DNA from: an uncultured Bacteroidales bacterium | Lineage (GTDB): Bacteria > Bacteroidota > Bacteroidia > Bacteroidales > UBA7960 | DNA: 64,000 bases | Reading direction: 5' to 3' | Assembly: GCA_964349365.1 (NCBI GenBank) | Contig: CAYGFY010000008.1 | Span: 27,070-91,069 of the forward strand | Part shown: positions 59,952 to 64,000 of the stretch, piece after piece | How the letters are laid out: each line of letters begins with the position of its first letter | How positions within the stretch are numbered: the first letter of the stretch is position 1 | Made by a program: the position numbers and the translations under genes | Notes under the pieces: model-generated | What the model was told of the DNA's origin: nothing | Seen by the model: only the letters and a program-made list of their open reading frames with translations | Database searches by the model: none

Positions 59952-61301
59952 TTACAAATCCTTTACCAAGAAATTCTTTTCGCAGGCTTCCATTGCAGTT
60001 TGGAATTGAGCCATTGAATCTTCAATTGAAGCAAGTACTTTACTGCTTTTAAATGGCTTGAAGTCTATCCCTTTCTTGTCAAGCCTTTCTATTACCAATT
60101 GAATGGAAATTTGGTTAATATCAAGTGCGGGCTGGTAGCCAACCTCCTTGCTCTTGGCTTTTTGCACCTCGCTGGCAAGGTTTACCTCTACCAAATCGTT
60201 TAGAATTGATCTTACCAGCCTGTTAGGGATTGCCAGATTGGTCGAAATTTCCTCGGAATCAGGAGGGTTTTGACCATTCCGGAAATACTGTATGAGCAGA
60301 TGGAGTATGTACACCGAAAGAGTTTTCTTTTGCGAGGGATTAACTTTTTGCGACTCGGTTTCGAACTCGTATTTTTCCACGTTTTGGTATGAGAATGATA
60401 TTTCGGCCCCAAATAACACCAAAAGCCAAGATAGTTGCAAGAAAATCAGTAGTAGCGGCAAAGCCGCAAAGCTACCGTAAATTGCATTATATCGCGAAAC
60501 CCCCACCTGAAAGAAAACGTAAGCCCACTGAAAGAAGTAGAGCATTGTTCCGGCAATTACCGCGGCCAAAAACGCCGATGGAAACCTCACGTTGGTATTT
60601 GGCATTATCATGTAAATGATTGTGAGCATAATCCAAAGAAAGATGAAAGGCACCAGATTGACCATAAACATTAAAACAGGGGCAAGAAAACCAAGCATTT
60701 CAAGGTTCTGGCTTAATTCAAAAACCTGAGAATTTAGAAATATGGTTGCCGCTCCAGATAGAACCAAAAATAAGGGTGCAATAAAAATAATTGCAAAATA
60801 ATCGCTAACCATGCGCGACCAGTGCCTAACCTTTTTGACTTGCCATATTTGGTTGAAAGACTCTTCGATGTTTAGCATTACCTGAAAAATGGTAAAAAGC
60901 AACACCAGGAGCCCCGCGCCAGCCACAATGCCCCCCCTGGCACTCTCCAGTGCGGATTGCGAAATTCCCATAATCCAGTTGAAAACCTCTTCCTGGTTTG
61001 AAAGTGCTCCACGTAGTTGATCTTCAAGAAAGGCATCCAGGCCAAAACCTTTGGATATGCCAAAAGCCAAGCCAGCGATGGGTATTATGCTCAAAAGGGT
61101 GTAGAACGTTAGTGCCGAGGATCTTAAAAAAATACTGTCTTCGACCCCACCCCTAAATGCCAACAAAACTATTCTTACATATTTTACCACCAGTGATTTA
61201 CGTTTCGGGAGCTCCTTGGAGGGTAGCATCCAAATGTCTTTTTTCAGAAAGTTAATCCCGGTACTTAATTTTTCGCGCAGTGGAATTCTTTTTCTTACCA
61301 T
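59952..61301 (-). CDS. YihY/BrkB (virulence factor BrkB) family membrane protein
   Basis: 449 aa. SSALTFYTLLSIIPI, YGSFAALPLLLIFLQLSWLLVLFGAEISF, plus a C-terminal soluble extension. Confidence 0.85.
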   Translation of the reverse strand: MVRKRIPLREKLSTGINFLKKDIWMLPSKELPKRKSLVVKYVRIVLLAFRGGVEDSIFLRSSALTFYTLLSIIPIAGLAFGISKGFGLDAFLEDQLRGALSNQEEVFNWIMGISQSALESARGGIVAGAGLLVLLFTIFQVMLNIEESFNQIWQVKKVRHWSRMVSDYFAIIFIAPLFLVLSGAATIFLNSQVFELSQNLEMLGFLAPVLMFMVNLVPFIFLWIMLTIIYMIMPNTNVRFPSAFLAAVIAGTMLYFFQWAYVFFQVGVSRYNAIYGSFAALPLLLIFLQLSWLLVLFGAEISFSYQNVEKYEFETESQKVNPSQKKTLSVYILHLLIQYFRNGQNPPDSEEISTNLAIPNRLVRSILNDLVEVNLASEVQKAKSKEVGYQPALDINQISIQLVIERLDKKGIDFKPFKSSKVLASIEDSMAQFQTAMEACEKNFLVKDL

Positions 61302-61382
61302 TGTGGTATAAAATGATGGCCAAAGATAGTTATTTTGAACAAATTGCCAAGCTATCTACAATTGTTTTGAAAATCAGGAAAT

Positions 61383-62915
61383 TCAATTAGCCTTACCACA
61401 GTTTTTCACCAACTTGAATACCTCGCAACCTACCCTAACGAGATAAATTCCAGGTTTAAACCCGCTTGTATCAATGCGCTCAAGGGGCGAAGTTTTGGTT
61501 TTGGTTTGCAGTATGTTTCCGGTCAGGTTCATAAAATCAATCTTTGTTTTGAATGATTCACCCTGGGTAGAAACAAAAATATTATCGCAAAAGGGATTTG
61601 GATATACCTTGTGAGTTTGGCCGGTTTCCCCGCGTGTAGTTCCAAGGGTTAGGCACCCGTCAAGGTCAACCAACTCTTCTATCGAATCAAAAACCTGCTT
61701 TTCGATCGTGTAAAATGCCGACGAAGGTCCGGTGGAGAATCCCACGCCAACCCCATTAATTACAAAAACAAATCCTATCTTCCTGACGGGATCAAAATAG
61801 GCGTTGGAAATTAACCCATAAGCCTCTCCGGGGTGGCCAAACATTTGACTACTACGGGGCAAAACAATATCGTTGGCGGGAGTGTTGGTGGTTATGTGTG
61901 TGCCCAACCCCCAACGCCTGAACAGTCCGTAGTAGTTGTTTCCGTTGCTGCCGTCAAACTGCCAGCTTGCAGTGGTCATTGCAGTTACCGACGGTGTTTG
62001 GAGCACTTGCACTTGATCAACAATGCCTCCATTGAGAATTGCAACCATCAATTTGGCCATATCAATTGCCGAAATCCTTAACCCGCCCTGCGGAGCAAAT
62101 CTTAGGCCGTTGGTGCCAGGAATGTAGCCAGCAATATTGCCGAATGTTGGTTGTACACCTTGAAAATTGTCGGCCTGGGCAACCCACGTGCCGCCAGTTT
62201 TCCTGTACAATACTGCAATATCGTTTATGTTGGGAAGATGGTTGACATTGTAGCTGGCCTCAATGCCCAAGGGGTCAAAAATATGTGACTTGCAAAAAAG
62301 GTCAAATCTTTGGTTGCTGAGCTTTTCGATTATTGTGCCAACAATACCAAAGTTTAGGTTAGAATAACTGAAATACGTTCCGGGTACTCGGTTTACAAAC
62401 AAAGAGGTTGAGTAATGCGAACCTCCGGCAGAAATCAACTGGCTTATGTTTGGTATTGGATTGTTATTGTTGGTTGCGCTCAAAAAACTATTGTAGGTGG
62501 TGCCATCAATAAGTGTTGAGGTGTGCGATAAAAGCATTCGGGTGGTTATTGGGGTTTGCGGGTGGTTGGGGTTCCTTACCGAGTAGCCCAATATTGTGTT
62601 GATGTCGGCATCCAAGTTTAGAGTTCCTTGTTCGGCCAGCTTCATCACGGCAATTGTCGAAATGGTTTTTGAAACACTGGCAAAGCGGAACTTGGTTCTT
62701 GTCGAAACGTCAATATTTCTGGCAAAATCGGCCTTGCCAAAAGATATGTTTTCAAGAATTTGGTCTTGGCAGAAAACAACAATGGCACCACCCATCACAT
62801 CATGTTCTTGCCTTATGGTTTCGACACGTTGTGAAAGGCTTTGCGAATGTGCTGAAAGAAACCAAAATGCAAAGAATTTAACAAGTAAGATTGCTTTTTT
62901 TACTATTGTTCTCAT
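61383..62915 (-). CDS. Beta-lactamase-fold serine hydrolase with T9SS C-terminal sorting domain
   Basis: SxxK motif (FASVSKT), YSN motif (YSNLNFG), and C-terminal KVYPNPF...PGIYLVRV. The start is placed at the ATG at 62915 (MRTIVKK) because the listed start is TTG. Confidence 0.85.
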   Translation of the reverse strand: MRTIVKKAILLVKFFAFWFLSAHSQSLSQRVETIRQEHDVMGGAIVVFCQDQILENISFGKADFARNIDVSTRTKFRFASVSKTISTIAVMKLAEQGTLNLDADINTILGYSVRNPNHPQTPITTRMLLSHTSTLIDGTTYNSFLSATNNNNPIPNISQLISAGGSHYSTSLFVNRVPGTYFSYSNLNFGIVGTIIEKLSNQRFDLFCKSHIFDPLGIEASYNVNHLPNINDIAVLYRKTGGTWVAQADNFQGVQPTFGNIAGYIPGTNGLRFAPQGGLRISAIDMAKLMVAILNGGIVDQVQVLQTPSVTAMTTASWQFDGSNGNNYYGLFRRWGLGTHITTNTPANDIVLPRSSQMFGHPGEAYGLISNAYFDPVRKIGFVFVINGVGVGFSTGPSSAFYTIEKQVFDSIEELVDLDGCLTLGTTRGETGQTHKVYPNPFCDNIFVSTQGESFKTKIDFMNLTGNILQTKTKTSPLERIDTSGFKPGIYLVRVGCEVFKLVKNCGKAN

Positions 62916-63028
62916 CGTGAAAGGGGCTTTGTGATCAAGCAATTAAATTAAAACGAAACAACCTTATTGTAAAGAATGATTTTATACTTTGCCTTAAAAC
63001 ACGGTGCAAATATATTGCAAAACCCCAA

Positions 63029-63060
63029 GAAAAAAGCCGCCTCCAAATCTGAGACGGCTT
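63029..63060 (-). terminator. Rho-independent terminator downstream of the M16 gene
   Basis: agccgcctc / gagacggct hairpin (63035-63059) with one mismatch. The A-run 63029-63035 on the plus strand gives a U-tail on the minus transcript. Confidence 0.7.
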
Positions 63061-63083
63061 TTAATAGTTTAAAAACTTTAGGA

Positions 63084-64000
63084 TTAGTCTATCTTAAAAT
63101 CGTTGGAAGTGAGGCCGGAATTTACTTTAACCTCCGAAACCTGCATGTTCAAAACTTGTGGACCAACATTCTGTTTTACCAAAAACGGGAACAAAATCCC
63201 ATCTACCATTCTGTAATCGTCATAATCAGTAGAAATTGTCATTTGCCCCATTGGTCCTCCGTCTTGAGTAGTTACGCTGCGAAGTTTGAGGCCGCTTTTG
63301 GAGCAAAAGAAGTCTGTAGAAACTTTTCCGGCAGGGCTGGTAACCCTGCACCTGTAAGCATCCCTTCCGTTTATTGTTTCGACCCCGGTAAGTTCCAACT
63401 TATAGCCGGCCAATTCGTATTCTAATTCCGGAAAAATAATAGCCTGGGCTTTAAGGTCTTCAAGTTGATCGCCTTCAAGCATTTGCTTTTGACCCATACC
63501 CACTGACATTCCCTTGTTGCCATTCAGAACCTGCCTCATCATTTCGTTGCCTGTCATTTTCATTGACATCGAGAACATATTGGGCTTTTTCTTCATGGTT
63601 ACCACATCGAGGGTCATACCTGGTCCTGCCTCCATTTTCATTTTTACCGTAAGGTCTTCTACTTTTTGCAACTTCTCTTTTCCGCCAATCGCCTTTATGT
63701 ATGCCTCAATTACCTGCTTTGTGGTAGTGCCGCCATCAAGTTTTTGTGGCGGTGCTATCGGGCGGCCAAATGGGTCGAAAAACTCCACCTCGCCCGTGGC
63801 ACTAAATTTCCTCAAGGTTTCAGGCACCTCTTCAATGTTACCGGCAACAACAATTATTGCGTTGTCTGGCTTGAGGTACTTGCGTGCCATTTCCCGAATG
63901 TCATTGACGGTTATTGCATTGAGCTTTTGAAGGTAAGTTGCGTAATAGTCCTTGGGTAGATTGAATCTTTTTGTGTTGTAGGCAAACTCTGCAATTGTTT
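63084..64000 (-). CDS. M16 (pitrilysin/insulinase) family peptidase, C-terminal part with an extra beta-rich domain (partial, runs off the window end)
   Basis: The reading frame stays open upstream of the listed Met to nt 64000 (...EFAYNTKRFNLPKDYYATYLQKLNAITVNDIREMARKYLKPDNAIIVVAGN). About 230 further residues of an unrecognised domain follow. Confidence 0.75.
   Translation of the reverse strand, partial: TIAEFAYNTKRFNLPKDYYATYLQKLNAITVNDIREMARKYLKPDNAIIVVAGNIEEVPETLRKFSATGEVEFFDPFGRPIAPPQKLDGGTTTKQVIEAYIKAIGGKEKLQKVEDLTVKMKMEAGPGMTLDVVTMKKKPNMFSMSMKMTGNEMMRQVLNGNKGMSVGMGQKQMLEGDQLEDLKAQAIIFPELEYELAGYKLELTGVETINGRDAYRCRVTSPAGKVSTDFFCSKSGLKLRSVTTQDGGPMGQMTISTDYDDYRMVDGILFPFLVKQNVGPQVLNMQVSEVKVNSGLTSNDFKID

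Noticed and set aside
1-64000. Search for CRISPR arrays, tRNA, rRNA, tmRNA, RNase P or obvious riboswitches in all intergenic regions
   Set aside because: I saw no regularly spaced direct repeats, no cloverleaf-like segments and no conserved RNase P or tmRNA motifs. This was a by-eye scan only, so small RNAs could be missed.

Overview
This window reads as a Bacteroidota chromosomal segment. The evidence is a SusC/SusD pair, two proteins with type IX secretion (T9SS) C-terminal sorting domains, and TAnnTTTG -7 promoter boxes just upstream of many starts. About 50 protein genes are supported, and most are housekeeping. They include: the tail of a polysaccharide utilisation locus (SusC end, SusD, SusE-like, SusF-like); OsmC, a U32 peptidase, PepD and YitT; a 1688-aa gingipain-like C25 protease; DUF418, YeiH-like, ClC, DUF4159, RsmE and MFS proteins; two tandem TlpA-like thioredoxin lipoproteins; FolE, GlgC and GlgA; a membrane pyrophosphatase; a nucleotide-salvage group (bifunctional nuclease, NupC, ThyA, FolA); DnaB; a YqiJ/flotillin pair; rpsF-rpsR-rplI; and a TrmH-family methyltransferase, an M19 dipeptidase, a YihY protein, a beta-lactamase-fold T9SS cargo protein and a partial M16 peptidase. 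I found no rRNA, tRNA or CRISPR array, and no recognisable defence, toxin-antitoxin, prophage or conjugation module. The non-ordinary content falls into five groups. (1) Gene decay: two IS982 relics (one a 489-bp miniature element with perfect 17-bp terminal inverted repeats), one truncated IS5-like transposase, and two adjacent broken oxidoreductase genes. (2) The 44.6-52.8 kb locus: an uncharacterised secreted protein with three NPPHGxPWHRC(D/E)I repeats, a ~230-bp intergenic element present twice around a DUF2141 gene, a related palindromic ACTTTG(T/C)G word array, and a tightly packed SnoaL-like / SDR / CrtI-like / esterase operon of unknown pathway. (3) An 11-nt G/C homopolymer just upstream of the DUF4159 gene. 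(4) A ~1 kb stretch with no ORF longer than 70 codons between folE and glgC. (5) A divergent pair made of an HExxH membrane protein and a lipoprotein. None of these is demonstrably a new multi-gene system. The 44.6-50.3 kb locus is my best candidate for something undescribed. All functional calls rest on by-eye motif and family recognition, without database searches.
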